Assembly (NCBI GenBank): GCA_035063585.1
Contig: JAPSGB010000008.1
Location: forward strand, 160,001 to 224,000
Length of the DNA stretch: 64,000 nucleotides
From: Polyangiaceae bacterium
Lineage (GTDB): Bacteria > Myxococcota_A > Polyangia > Polyangiales > Polyangiaceae
Direction: 5' to 3'
Shown: piece after piece, positions 48,860 through 58,718 of the stretch
Layout of the letters: each line of letters begins with the position of its first letter
How positions within the stretch are numbered: the first letter of the stretch is position 1
Program-made: the position numbers and the translations under genes
Notes under the pieces: generated by a model
Told to the model about the DNA's origin: nothing
The model's database searches: none
Seen by the model: the letters and a program-made list of their open reading frames with translations, nothing else

Positions 48860-49584
48860 TGCGCGCGCAGGACTGGACGGTGCTCTCCGCGGTGGCGCTC
48901 GCGGCGGCGAGCCTAGGGCTCTATGCCTGCGGAGGGGACTCCTCCCGCGAGGCCAATGCGCCGACCCGCACCGGCAGCATCGTCCACGCCGCCGGTGGGG
49001 AGGACGTCTCGCGCTGCGACTATCAAGGTCGCGCCGACCGCGAGGTTCAGGAGACGACCGGACCCGGCGCGCTGGTCCCGAATATTCGGCGCGTATACGC
49101 GATCATCGGGGCGGGGGAGGACCGCCGTCGCGTGATCGCCTGCCGCGAGGTCGACACCAACCTCGACGGGCAGAAAGACGTGGTGCGGACCTACGACGCC
49201 AAGGGAGAGCCGCTCCACGAGCTCGCCGACGCCAACTACGACGGCAAGATCGACACCTGGACCACGTTCTCGGGCGGCCGTATCGTGAAGGTCGAGATCG
49301 ACACCAACGGCGATGGGCGCCCGGACGAGATCCGCTTCATGGTCCGCGGGAAGCTGAGCCGGCTGCAGCGCGACACCAACTTCGACGGCAAGCCGGACGT
49401 CTGGGAGATCTACGACGACGGTCGCCTCCAGCGTATCGGCTGGGATTTCGACTTCGACGGCCACGTCGACCGGTGGGACCGCGATCTCATCGCGCTCCAC
49501 GACGAGGAGCGTCGCGAGGCCGCCGAAGCAGAGAAGGCTGAGCAGGCGGACGCCGGGGCCGGAGACGCCGCGCCGGCCAACTGA
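48856..49584 (+). CDS. Paralogous lipoprotein with repeated DxNxDGxxD motifs
   Basis: Lipobox LYAC-G; DTNLDGQKD, DANYDGKID, DTNGDGRPD, DTNFDGKPD, DFDFDGHVD. GTGA overlap. Confidence 0.78.
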   Translation: MMRAQDWTVLSAVALAAASLGLYACGGDSSREANAPTRTGSIVHAAGGEDVSRCDYQGRADREVQETTGPGALVPNIRRVYAIIGAGEDRRRVIACREVDTNLDGQKDVVRTYDAKGEPLHELADANYDGKIDTWTTFSGGRIVKVEIDTNGDGRPDEIRFMVRGKLSRLQRDTNFDGKPDVWEIYDDGRLQRIGWDFDFDGHVDRWDRDLIALHDEERREAAEAEKAEQADAGAGDAAPAN

Positions 49585-49594
49585 GCGCGCCGGC

Positions 49595-49948
49595 TCAGGC
49601 CTGGCTGGTGCCTTCGCGACCGTAGTCGTCCTCGAGCCGCACCACGTCGTCGAGCTCCGGGGTGGAGACCTCGAACACGCGTACGTCCTCGACCGCAATC
49701 ATGCGATGGATGGTGCCCGGGGTGACGTGGAAGGTGTCGCCGGAGCGCATCCGGAGGGTCCGGCGCTCGGCGTCCGCCCCGACCTCGAGGTCGAGCTCAC
49801 CCGTCTCGACGAAGAGCGTCTCGTCCTTCACCTCGTGGTACTGGCGGCTCAGCTTGTGCCCCTTGGAGATGAAGAGCACCTTGGCGACGTAGCGGTCGGT
49901 CTTTGCCCAGATGAGCTCGTGACCCCAAGGCTTATCGACGCGGCGCAT
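49595..49948 (-). CDS. Cupin protein (mannose-6-phosphate isomerase type II C-terminal-like)
   Basis: KPWG, LSRQYHEVKDE, PGTIHR, EVSTPELDDVVRLEDDYGR. Confidence 0.88.
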   Translation of the reverse strand: MRRVDKPWGHELIWAKTDRYVAKVLFISKGHKLSRQYHEVKDETLFVETGELDLEVGADAERRTLRMRSGDTFHVTPGTIHRMIAVEDVRVFEVSTPELDDVVRLEDDYGREGTSQA

Positions 49949-50052
49949 CCCCGAAGGCGTAGCAGAATCCGCCGCGCCGAACTAGAGAAGCGACGAGCAC
50001 GCGCCTCCTCTCCCCGCGAGCGCTCCCGCGCCGGACCGACATCCCCCCTCCC

Positions 50053-50928
50053 ATGACCACCGAACGCTTGCAGAAGCTCCTCGCGCGAGCCGGGATCGCC
50101 TCGCGACGAAAGGCCGAGGACCTCATCACCGCTGGGCGGGTCAAGGTCGGTGGGCGGGTCGTGACCGAGCTCGGCGCCAAGGCCGACCCGCGCCGCGACC
50201 GCGTAGAGGTCGACGGGCGGCGCATCGTGGCCGACCCGCTCGTGTATGTGCTCCTGAACAAGCCCAAGAACGTGATGTGCACGCTCCGCGATCCCGAGGG
50301 GCGGCCGACGGTGGCCGACAGCGTGCGTGGGCTCGGGGTGCGGGTGGTGCCGGTCGGGCGGCTCGACTTCGGCACCAGCGGCGTGCTCCTGCTCACCAAT
50401 GACGGCGACTTCGCGAACGGGCTCATGCACCCGCGGTGCGCGGTGCCGAAGGTGTACGTGGTCAAGGTCGACGGCGAGCTCGACGAACGCGCGGTCGCGC
50501 GGTGGCGCGAGAGCCTCGTCATCGATGGGCGCGCGACGCGCCCGGCGACCGTGCGCGCGCTCCGACGCGAGGCCGGCAAGACCTGGCTCGAGCTCACGCT
50601 CGTCGAGGGGCGCAACCGCCAGGTGCGTCGTCTCGGCGAGGCGGCGGGGCAACCGGTGATGCGGCTGGCCCGCACGAGCTACGCTGGCATCACGGCAGAG
50701 GGGTTGCGCCCCGGGCAGTGGCGGCACCTCACCGCGACCGAGCTCCGCGAGCTCAAGCGTAGCTACGGCGTGCCCGAGCGAGTGCGCGCCGCGCCGCCTG
50801 GAGCGGTGAGGGTTCGCGCGGGTGGTGGTCCGGCGCGGCCGGCGTCCGGAGCGCCCCCGCGCGGCGCTCGGGCTACCGTGCGGCCACCGGATCCGCGACG
50901 TCGTTCGGCACGGACCAATCGGCGTTGA
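50053..50928 (+). CDS. RsuA/RluB family rRNA pseudouridine synthase
   Basis: ERLQKLLARAGIASRR, VGRLDFGTSG, EGRNRQVRR. Confidence 0.93.
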   Translation: MTTERLQKLLARAGIASRRKAEDLITAGRVKVGGRVVTELGAKADPRRDRVEVDGRRIVADPLVYVLLNKPKNVMCTLRDPEGRPTVADSVRGLGVRVVPVGRLDFGTSGVLLLTNDGDFANGLMHPRCAVPKVYVVKVDGELDERAVARWRESLVIDGRATRPATVRALRREAGKTWLELTLVEGRNRQVRRLGEAAGQPVMRLARTSYAGITAEGLRPGQWRHLTATELRELKRSYGVPERVRAAPPGAVRVRAGGGPARPASGAPPRGARATVRPPDPRRRSARTNRR

Positions 50929-53644
50929 AGAAGCCGCCCGCGAGCACGCTCGCGTGCTTGCCGAGCACCTGCTCGGCCGCGGCGCCCGCGACGCGCTCGT
51001 CGTACACGACGAAGTCCGGCAGGAGCTCCGGGAGCGAGAGCGCGCGCCAGATCCCGCGCACGCTGGTCGCCTCGATCGCGATCACGTAGCGGTCGGGGTT
51101 CCGCGGGTTCGGCGCGATGAAGATCGCGCCCACCTCCTCGCCCGAGTAGCGGTGCGCGCCGAGCGCGAGCGCGCCGCCGTGGACGCGTACCGGCAGCTCG
51201 GCGTCGAGCTCCCGGAGCGCGAGGTTGTCTCGCGCGGTGCCGACCAGGAAGAGCGACGCGCGAGCCGTGCGCGCACGGTCGAGCTCGCGATCGGCGATGA
51301 TCTCGTAGCGCACGTCGAGACCCGGACGCCGGCGTGCGAACGCGCGCGCGACCTCACGGTTGGCGCGCGCCGTCCCCGGGTCGAGCGAGCCGTAGACGAA
51401 GACGAGCGGTCCGAGGAAGGCGTCGCGGATAGGCCCTTCGACCTCGGCGCGTTTCGCGCCTGGTGGCGGCGTCCGAACGCCCGCTGCCCAGCCGCTGTCC
51501 TCGCGGTGAAACGCCGGCTCGGCCCCGGGTGGGAGCTCGAGCCGTTGCCCGTCGATGGTCACGGCGAGCGTCGCGGCGGCGTCGAGCCGGGCGCCCGAGC
51601 GGTCCACTGCGACGCCGGTGACGCCGTCCGTGGTGAGCTCGAGCGCGCGCTCGCTCGCGCGGCGAGCGTCCACGCGTCCCATCTGGCCGGGCGCGGCGAG
51701 CATCGTGATCGAGAGCCACCCTTGCCGGCCGTAGCGGAGCTGGTCGGAGACCAGGGTGATCCGCGCCGGTGACGGATCCCGCCGCTGGCGCGCGAGCCAG
51801 GGCCATCCCTTGGCGTCCTTCCAGACGATCTCCCAGACGTGGTGCCCGATGTCGGGCCACTCGTCGACGATCGAATAACCGAGCTCGCGATAGCGACGCA
51901 CCAGGACCTTGCCGTTCTCGAGCGGCCAATCCTTGGTGCCCTGCGCGAGATAGAGCGGGAGATTTCGGCCGTTGTCGGCCCAGCTGGTCGGCGACCAGTG
52001 GGCCATCCGGGCGCGCTCCCAGGGCCGGAGCGGACGGTTCGAGGTGTCACGACGGATGAAGTAGCTCTGATACCCGCAGAGCGGGGCGGCCGCGGAGAAG
52101 CGATCGGCGTAGAGGAAGGCGAGCCCGGCAGCGCCGGTGCCGCCCATCGACACACCGGTGATGGACACGCGCGCTTCATCGATAGGGTACGTGCGGAGCG
52201 CCCAGTCGAGCGCGTGCATCACCTCGGCCTCTCCCGAGTCGCGATAGAACGCGTTACCGTGCGCGTGCGGCGCGAGCACGAACCCGTCGACCCCGGCGCG
52301 CGGCGTGAGCGAGCGCGAGTCGAGGAAGGCGTTCATGACCCCGGCCGGCTCCCCGTTGAGGCCGTGCAGCGCGACGACCAGCGGGTAGCGCCGCGCGGCG
52401 CTCGGGGCGAAGCCCGCCGGGACGTGGACGCGCATCCGCGCCGGCTCGCCGTCGATGGGCGAGGGGATCGCGAGGTCGTGCACGCCGGGCTCGAGCAGCG
52501 GATCCACGCCGCGCTCGACCTTCTCGACGAGCGCCCGGAGTCGCTCCACGGCGGCGCGGAGCGTCCCCGGCGCGGCGCGCGGCGCCGCGCCGAGCGCGCG
52601 GACCTCCGCGGCGCCCGCCTGGAGGGTCACCGAGAGCGCGGTCGGATCGACGAACCGGGCGGCGGGGAGCGCGGCGAGCAGCCGCTCGGCGCGCGCGAGT
52701 GTCTCGGGGGCGCGCGGATCGAGCGAGAGTCGGCTCGCCGCCCGCGCTGGGCCGAGGGTGAGCTCGAGTCTCGCTTCGAGCGGTCCCGGCGGCGAGCCCT
52801 GCGGGAGCTCGAGCGCGGGGAGGGCGACCTCGAGCGTGCCGGCGCCGCGCGGCCCGATGGGACTTGCGCCGGCGTGAAGTGTCCGCGAGTCGCGCCCCGG
52901 CGCGGTCAGCGTGACGGAGACGTCGAACGGCACCCCGAGCGGCGCGCCGGCAGGGAACGCGAACGTCGCGCTCGGAGCGTAGCCGGCACTCGTCAAGCCC
53001 GCCGAGAGCTCGAGCGAGGCGAGCGCGCGAGCGAGCGTCGTCGTGTCGGCGTCGTCGGTGCCCGGCAAGACGACGGAGAGCCCCTCCGGCGCCAGGAGAT
53101 CGCGCTCGTCGACGAGCCGCGCGGCGACCGCCCAATATTCCCGGAGATCGGTGAGCGCGATGACCAGGCGATGTGAGCCGGCCGCGAGCGAGAGCGGGAT
53201 GGGATCCCAGGAGCGCCCCCGCAGCCGCTCGATGCTGCGACTCCACACGGGGCTTCCGTCCAGGTACACCGTGGCGCCACCATCGGCCGAGAGCAGGAGA
53301 TAGACCGCGCGGGGGCGTTCGAGGTGAAGCTCTCCGCCGAGGAGCGCGAGCGCGCCGGAGCGCGGGCGGGTCCCCAGCGTTCGGGCGAGATCGAGCGCCC
53401 CGTCGCGCTCGACCGCGAGCCGCCATCGAGGCGCCCGGTCGCCCTCGGCGGCGCGCGCGTCGCGCGCGGGCGTGACCGCGGCCAGGTCGAGGCGCTGCTG
53501 GTCGGTCTTCGGGATCGGGCCTGCGAGGAGCCACGCGCCGAGCGTGCCGTCCGGTGCGGGGGCGAGTCGTGCCGGGAGTGCCCACGCGCTCGGCGTGGTC
53601 GACGCGGCCGCCAAGAGCGCGGCGAGCCCGAAAAGAAACCTCAG
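50873..53644 (-). CDS. Large secreted alpha/beta-hydrolase (esterase/peptidase-like) with N-terminal PA14-like domain; probable CTG start
   Basis: PLVVALHG, GVSMGG nucleophile, GTKD, GHHVW; N-terminal SADGGATVYLDG...GSHRLVI. A complete signal peptide requires the CTG at 53644. Confidence 0.75.
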   Translation of the reverse strand: MRFLFGLAALLAAASTTPSAWALPARLAPAPDGTLGAWLLAGPIPKTDQQRLDLAAVTPARDARAAEGDRAPRWRLAVERDGALDLARTLGTRPRSGALALLGGELHLERPRAVYLLLSADGGATVYLDGSPVWSRSIERLRGRSWDPIPLSLAAGSHRLVIALTDLREYWAVAARLVDERDLLAPEGLSVVLPGTDDADTTTLARALASLELSAGLTSAGYAPSATFAFPAGAPLGVPFDVSVTLTAPGRDSRTLHAGASPIGPRGAGTLEVALPALELPQGSPPGPLEARLELTLGPARAASRLSLDPRAPETLARAERLLAALPAARFVDPTALSVTLQAGAAEVRALGAAPRAAPGTLRAAVERLRALVEKVERGVDPLLEPGVHDLAIPSPIDGEPARMRVHVPAGFAPSAARRYPLVVALHGLNGEPAGVMNAFLDSRSLTPRAGVDGFVLAPHAHGNAFYRDSGEAEVMHALDWALRTYPIDEARVSITGVSMGGTGAAGLAFLYADRFSAAAPLCGYQSYFIRRDTSNRPLRPWERARMAHWSPTSWADNGRNLPLYLAQGTKDWPLENGKVLVRRYRELGYSIVDEWPDIGHHVWEIVWKDAKGWPWLARQRRDPSPARITLVSDQLRYGRQGWLSITMLAAPGQMGRVDARRASERALELTTDGVTGVAVDRSGARLDAAATLAVTIDGQRLELPPGAEPAFHREDSGWAAGVRTPPPGAKRAEVEGPIRDAFLGPLVFVYGSLDPGTARANREVARAFARRRPGLDVRYEIIADRELDRARTARASLFLVGTARDNLALRELDAELPVRVHGGALALGAHRYSGEEVGAIFIAPNPRNPDRYVIAIEATSVRGIWRALSLPELLPDFVVYDERVAGAAAEQVLGKHASVLAGGFFNADWSVPNDVADPVAAR

Positions 53645-54099
53645 GGCGCCTGCCCGTGGGCGAGCGTCCGCGAGCCGTCGCGGAACATGACGTCAATCTT
53701 ACCGGCGGAGAGCACGCTCGTCACGTAACCCTCACCGAACTTCTGGTGCAAGAGGAGCTGACCGGTCGCGAAGGTCCGGTCCATCGAGTAGCGGGCGAAG
53801 GCGTCGGGCGATTTCCCTGCGATCCGCTGCTCCCAGCCGCGCACGCGCTCGAGCTCGGCGAGCGCGCGCTGCGTCGGGCGCGCCGCCGCTCGCGGCGCCG
53901 CCACTCGCGTGGGCTTCGCGGCGCTCGAGCCCTTGGCGAGGAGCGCGCGCGGGGCCATGAAGCGGTGCTCGCTCCCGCAGGTCATACACACGACTCGCGC
54001 CGGCTTGGGGCCGAGCATCGCGATGATGCGATGACCGAGGTCCAGCCGACACTTGGTGCACCAGGCGTCGATCTCGCTGCCGGCTCCGAGCGGCTTCAC
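53641..54099 (-). CDS. Hypothetical protein with zinc-ribbon-like motifs
   Basis: CTKC...H...CMTC...H; C-terminal HQKFGEGYV SH3-like segment. Confidence 0.75.
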   Translation of the reverse strand: MKPLGAGSEIDAWCTKCRLDLGHRIIAMLGPKPARVVCMTCGSEHRFMAPRALLAKGSSAAKPTRVAAPRAAARPTQRALAELERVRGWEQRIAGKSPDAFARYSMDRTFATGQLLLHQKFGEGYVTSVLSAGKIDVMFRDGSRTLAHGQAP

Positions 54100-54560
54100 G
54101 GCTTCGGCTCCTGCTCGCTCGCGGGCTCGTCATCGCCCGGCCGGGAGTCGCGGTCGCGCTTGATGCGCACCTTGGCGCGGACGTCGGGGCGCGGCGGAGC
54201 GCCGACCCGCGAGTCGTTCGGGATGAACCGCACCTCGGTCTTGATCTCGAAGGACAGCGTGGTGAGCGCCTTGGAGAGCTCGTCGGCGAGGTTCGTCTGG
54301 CTCAGGAAATCGTGGATCTCCTTCGCGACGACGCGATAGAGCCCGTTCTTCGTCTCATCGACCTGCGAGAGGATGAGCGACAGCACGTCCTTCGGCAGCT
54401 TGAGCTCGCTCACGAAGTGCCGGAGGTTCTCCGGCCCCTCGGTGAGCTTCTCGTAGCCCGTCTCGATGACGCGTTTGATGAGCTCGGGTAGGATCCGCTC
54501 GAGCCGACGCCGCTCGTCGCGGTCCTCGCGTTCGCCTGGGGGTATCGAGTCGCTCGCCAC
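54096..54560 (-). CDS. Hypothetical helical cytoplasmic protein
   Basis: Typical codon bias; GTGA overlap with the next gene. Confidence 0.7.
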   Translation of the reverse strand: MASDSIPPGEREDRDERRRLERILPELIKRVIETGYEKLTEGPENLRHFVSELKLPKDVLSLILSQVDETKNGLYRVVAKEIHDFLSQTNLADELSKALTTLSFEIKTEVRFIPNDSRVGAPPRPDVRAKVRIKRDRDSRPGDDEPASEQEPKP

Positions 54561-54630
54561 GACGACGGCGTAGCCTGGCGCATCGCGTCAGTCAAACCCC
54601 GCGACTTGTCATCCGGGCGCGCCTCGAGCC

Positions 54631-55263
54631 ATGGATCGGTCCGTGACTTCGCGCATCGGCGCCATCGTGGTCGGGCTCGCGAGCGCGCTCGCGGTGACCG
54701 CGTGCGACGAGCCCGCGCGCGATGAGCCCGCGCGAGCTGGCTCGAGCCGCTCGAACGACGCAACCAGCGCTCCCTCCGCGCCCGCGCGCACGAGCGGCGC
54801 GCCCGCCGTCTCCCGGGCGCCCGCCAGCGTCGCCACGCCGAGCGGGCCCGCGCCGTTCGTCGACGCCGGGGCGGGCGGGCTGCGCGGGGGCAACTGGGCG
54901 CGGTGCTCGAGCGGATTCACCGTGAGCGGCACGCCCGCGCTCGACGTGATGCGTCTCGGTCTCCTCTGCGGACCGTCGAACGGGATGCGGAAGAGCCCCG
55001 GTGGCCGAGCGGTGGCCGTCGCCGGCGACTGCTTTCGCGCGGTGGCGGTCGGCGGCGCGGGCGTTCGTGCCCTCGAACTGGTCCTCCTCGATGCTCGGGG
55101 AGCGCGGCTCGCCTCGACCACCGCGGAGCGCCCCTTGGCCGTTCTCGAGCCGGATGGCGCGTACTGCGTCGCAGCCGACGGAGAGGTCCGGACAGAGGCG
55201 CGCGCCACCGGCGGCGACGGCCCGGTCGCGGTCGAGCTGTGGCGGCTCCAGGGGGCGCGGTGA
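54631..55263 (+). CDS. Hypothetical lipoprotein
   Basis: Lipobox VTAC-D, Ala/Pro linker, Cys-containing beta domain. Confidence 0.6.
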   Translation: MDRSVTSRIGAIVVGLASALAVTACDEPARDEPARAGSSRSNDATSAPSAPARTSGAPAVSRAPASVATPSGPAPFVDAGAGGLRGGNWARCSSGFTVSGTPALDVMRLGLLCGPSNGMRKSPGGRAVAVAGDCFRAVAVGGAGVRALELVLLDARGARLASTTAERPLAVLEPDGAYCVAADGEVRTEARATGGDGPVAVELWRLQGAR

Positions 55264-55301
55264 TGGTGGACACCGCCGCGCCGCGGTAGCATGCACTCCG
55301 C

Positions 55302-56597
55302 ATGATGACCGACTTCAAGGCGCGGCGTCAGCGCGCGCTCGACGCGATTCATCCTGGCGTGATGGTGCTCCCCGCGGCGCCGGTTGCCATTCGGAACAAC
55401 GACGTCGAGCACGACTACCGTCAGGACTCCGACGTCCATTATCTCACGGGGTTCGACGAGCCCGAGAGCGTCGTCGTGTTGAACAGCGTGCGCGAGCCGC
55501 ACTACACCTTGTTCGTGAGGCCGCGGGATCCCGAGCGCGAGACGTGGGACGGCGCGCGCGCCGGAGTCGATGGTGCCCTCGAGCGCTTCGGGGCCGACGC
55601 CGCGCACCCGATCGCCGCGCTCGCCGACGAGCTGCCTCGGCTCCTCGAGGACGTGCCGAGCCTTCATTACCGGCTCGGGCTCGAGCGGCGCTTCGACGAG
55701 CGAGTGCTCGCGGCGCTCGATCGGGTTCGGGCGCGGGCGAAGCTCGGGGTCGCGTGGCCGACGCGGATCGTGGAGCCGGGCGCGGTGCTCCACGAGCTCC
55801 GGCTCCGAAAGTCACGCGAGGAGCTCGAGCTCATGCGCCGCGCGATCTCCATCACCGCCGAGGGACACCTCGAGGCCATGGCCCAGACCAAGCCGGGGAT
55901 GTTCGAGTACGAGGTCGAGGCGGTCCTCCGCGCGGTCTTTTCGCGCCGCGGCGCCGAGCGCCATGCCTACTCGCCGATCGTCGGCTCCGGCCCGAACGCC
56001 ACCGTGCTCCACTATCGCAGCAACGATCGCCAGATGCAGGCGGGCGAGCTCCTGCTCATCGATGCCGGGTGCGAGCTCGGCTACTACGCCTCCGACATCA
56101 CCCGGACCTTCCCCGTCTCGGGGAGCTTCAGCAAGGAGCAGCGCGAGATCTACGAGATCGTACTCGACGCGCAGCTCGCGAGCATCGAGGCGACTCGGCC
56201 GGGTGCGACGCTCGATGAGATCCATGCGAAGAGCGTGGAGGTCATCGCCGCCGGGCTCGCGCGGCTCGGGATCATCGCGGGCCCGCCGCCGGAGGCGGTC
56301 GAGCAGCAGCGCTACAAGCCGTACTTCATGCACAAGACCAGCCACTACCTCGGCATGGACGTACACGACGTCGGCGCCTACTTCGTCGAGGGCAAGCCGC
56401 GCGCGCTCGAGCCTGGCATGGTGCTCACGGTCGAGCCCGGGATCTACATCGGAGAGCGCGCCGCGGCGCCCGAGCGCTATCGCGGGATCGGTGTCCGCAT
56501 CGAGGACGACGTCTTGGTCTCGCCCGAGGGCCGCATCGTCCTCAGCGAGGCGATCCCGAAGAGCGCCGATGACGTCGAGCGTGCGTGCCGCGCCTGA
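55302..56597 (+). CDS. pepP: Xaa-Pro aminopeptidase
   Basis: YRQDSD, IDAGCE..YASDITRT, HYLGMDVHD, EPGIY, RIEDD. Confidence 0.95.
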   Translation: MMTDFKARRQRALDAIHPGVMVLPAAPVAIRNNDVEHDYRQDSDVHYLTGFDEPESVVVLNSVREPHYTLFVRPRDPERETWDGARAGVDGALERFGADAAHPIAALADELPRLLEDVPSLHYRLGLERRFDERVLAALDRVRARAKLGVAWPTRIVEPGAVLHELRLRKSREELELMRRAISITAEGHLEAMAQTKPGMFEYEVEAVLRAVFSRRGAERHAYSPIVGSGPNATVLHYRSNDRQMQAGELLLIDAGCELGYYASDITRTFPVSGSFSKEQREIYEIVLDAQLASIEATRPGATLDEIHAKSVEVIAAGLARLGIIAGPPPEAVEQQRYKPYFMHKTSHYLGMDVHDVGAYFVEGKPRALEPGMVLTVEPGIYIGERAAAPERYRGIGVRIEDDVLVSPEGRIVLSEAIPKSADDVERACRA

Positions 56598-57301
56598 GCC
56601 GCGTCGCTCGGGGCTCGACCGCTCGGGCGAGCCGGCGGCGACTCGGCTGCGCGGGCGCAGCGCTCGGGGGCATGGTCCTGCTCGTGGGGTCGGCGCGGCC
56701 GGCGGCGGGTCGCGAGCGCGCGGGAGAGCTGCCCGTGGCCCGTGCCGAGCCCGCGAGCGGCGCCCAGGCCCAATCGGCCACCGCGGCGGCGCCGCTCGAG
56801 CGCGGCCCGTACGCGCACTTCCTCGGCGCGCTCGCTTATGGGCGAGGGCTCCGCTTCAACAACCCGTATCGGCTGTCGACCGTGCTCGGCTCCAGCCCGG
56901 AGTCGCTCTCGCTGACCGCGCCGTATCTCCGCGGCTCGCTCGGCGCGGTCTTCGGCGATCCGGAGGGGCTTCAGCATGGCGGCGCGCTGCACGTCTCGAT
57001 CGCGCTCGGCGGCGTGCCTCAGGAGGTGCTCGCGCCCTCCTATCTTGCGCTGGTTCGCTTCGAACCGCGTACCCTCGGATACGCGCGCCTCGGGGTGCCG
57101 CTGGTGCTGGAGCCGGACTTCAGCGCCGGCGCCGAGGTCGGCGTCGGCGGAGCCTGGCTGGTGACGGCTGGCCTCGGGCTCACGGCCGAGCTCTCCGGGA
57201 GTCTCTTCTACGGCGCCGCCACCGACGAGCGCCGGATCACGACCATCCCCGTCCTGGCGCTGGAGCTCGGCGTTCTCATCGACTACGAGATCCTGCCATG
57301 A
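56585..57301 (+). CDS. Hypothetical small outer-membrane beta-barrel protein (start uncertain)
   Basis: Hydrophobic signal-like segment, amphipathic strands, ends LGVLIDYEILP. Confidence 0.55.
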   Translation: MPRLSRVARGSTARASRRRLGCAGAALGGMVLLVGSARPAAGRERAGELPVARAEPASGAQAQSATAAAPLERGPYAHFLGALAYGRGLRFNNPYRLSTVLGSSPESLSLTAPYLRGSLGAVFGDPEGLQHGGALHVSIALGGVPQEVLAPSYLALVRFEPRTLGYARLGVPLVLEPDFSAGAEVGVGGAWLVTAGLGLTAELSGSLFYGAATDERRITTIPVLALELGVLIDYEILP

Positions 57302-57696
57302 GCGAGCCTGGACGCATCTCGCTCGGCGCGCGACTCGCGCTCGCGCTCATCGCGACGCTCTTCTGTATGGCGCCGGTGCCCGGCGACATCGGCGGGTGCG
57401 GCCAGGCCGCTCAGGATCTCGACCCGGGAGTCTTCTTCGCGACGAAGAAGCGGATCGACTGCGATCGCTGCGGTGAGTGCGGCCTCGGCGGCGGAGCCTG
57501 CGAGCTCGCGTGCGACGAGAGCTCGCGGCCCCCGCGAGCGTTCCCCGAGCGCTGCTATCCGCTCGTGCATGACGGCGAGGTCTGCCTGCGCGCGCTCCGG
57601 CGCGCCTCGTGTGACGACTTCGCGACGTACGTGGACGAGGTCGCGCCGCGCACCCCGACCGAGTGCGATTTCTGCCCCGTCGAGGGGACCCCGTGA
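57298..57696 (+). CDS. Small secreted cysteine-rich protein
   Basis: MSEPGRISLGARLALALIATLFC..., about a dozen Cys in 132 aa; ATGA and GTGA overlaps at its ends. Confidence 0.7.
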   Translation: MSEPGRISLGARLALALIATLFCMAPVPGDIGGCGQAAQDLDPGVFFATKKRIDCDRCGECGLGGGACELACDESSRPPRAFPERCYPLVHDGEVCLRALRRASCDDFATYVDEVAPRTPTECDFCPVEGTP

Positions 57697-58646
57697 AGCT
57701 CGCGTGGGTCGCGGGGGTCGGGCTCGTCTCGTTGGCGTGCTCGAGCGCCGGGCAGCTCACCGCCGGCGTGAACGACTACGCCGCGTATCGGCGAGTGCGG
57801 GTCGCCTCCACCCGCGAGCTCCGGCTCACCCGAGCCTGGGCGTACCTCGAGGCGGAGCCCTCCGGGCGGTTTCGCGCGGAGGTGCGCGCCTGGTTCATTC
57901 CGGCCGAGGCAGCCTGCTTCGAGAGCGCGGGGACCCGGCCCGAGCGCCTGCGGCGCTACCTCGAGCTCTTGCCGAACGGCCCCCACGCGAGCGAGGCGCG
58001 GGAGCGGCTCCGCGATCTGGAGGCGGCGGCCGAGCGGCGGCGGGAGCACGAGGAGGAGGTGGTCGGCGAGGCGCTGACGGTGACGCGGCGGCTCGCCCGA
58101 GCGGAGCGCCGGCGACGAGCCTTCGTCGAGGATTTCTCGGGTTGGGTCGCTCGGCTCGGCGCGCTCCGCAGCTTCGGCGAGCGCACCTCCGCGCTGAGCG
58201 CGGACTTCCTCTACGCGCTCCGTGAGGTGGAGCCGCCCGCCCACTGCGGCACCGAGCGTTGCGTGAAGACCGTGACGCTCGGCTACATGATTCCGGAGGC
58301 GGGACGCCTCGCGCCCCGAGAGGCCGCCTTCGACGTCGTGGTGTCGCTCCGAGACGGCGGGGTGTCGCGCGTGACGCTGCAGGGCCCGGAACTCTTCAGC
58401 CGGGTCGGCGAGGCGCTCGAGCTGCGGCCGGCGTCGGAGTCGGACCCCGGGGCGCGTGCCGAGGCGATGGGACGCGCGGCCGATCTCGTGCGGAGCGCAG
58501 TCGAGGCCGCACTGCCCGCCGCGCGTTGCGCTCGCGCCGCGCTCGCGCCGGCGATGGTGGTGCGCGAGTGCGACGGGGTGCGCCTCACGATGGTCGCCGG
58601 CGGAGCGGGCGAGGACGATCGGCTGATCGCGGAGCCGCTCGAGTAG
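57693..58646 (+). CDS. Hypothetical lipoprotein with helical YLxxxPxGxxxxEA repeats
   Basis: Lipobox SLAC-S; YLEAEPSGRFRAEV and YLELLPNGPHASEA. Confidence 0.65.
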   Translation: MKLAWVAGVGLVSLACSSAGQLTAGVNDYAAYRRVRVASTRELRLTRAWAYLEAEPSGRFRAEVRAWFIPAEAACFESAGTRPERLRRYLELLPNGPHASEARERLRDLEAAAERRREHEEEVVGEALTVTRRLARAERRRRAFVEDFSGWVARLGALRSFGERTSALSADFLYALREVEPPAHCGTERCVKTVTLGYMIPEAGRLAPREAAFDVVVSLRDGGVSRVTLQGPELFSRVGEALELRPASESDPGARAEAMGRAADLVRSAVEAALPAARCARAALAPAMVVRECDGVRLTMVAGGAGEDDRLIAEPLE

Positions 58647-58718
58647 CTGGTCGTCGATTTTCTCTCATTGACGAGTGAAAGGTGGCCGAGAGCGCGGTAA
58701 GGACGACGCTACGAAGCG

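Noticed and set aside
55570..57297. 708-aa ORF apparently fused to the Cys-rich protein
   Set aside because: Alternative frame over pepP; only the part from ATG 57298 looks coding.
57298..57696. Cys-rich protein as a c-type cytochrome or ferredoxin
   Set aside because: No CxxCH motif or complete ferredoxin motif; being exported, disulfides are more likely.
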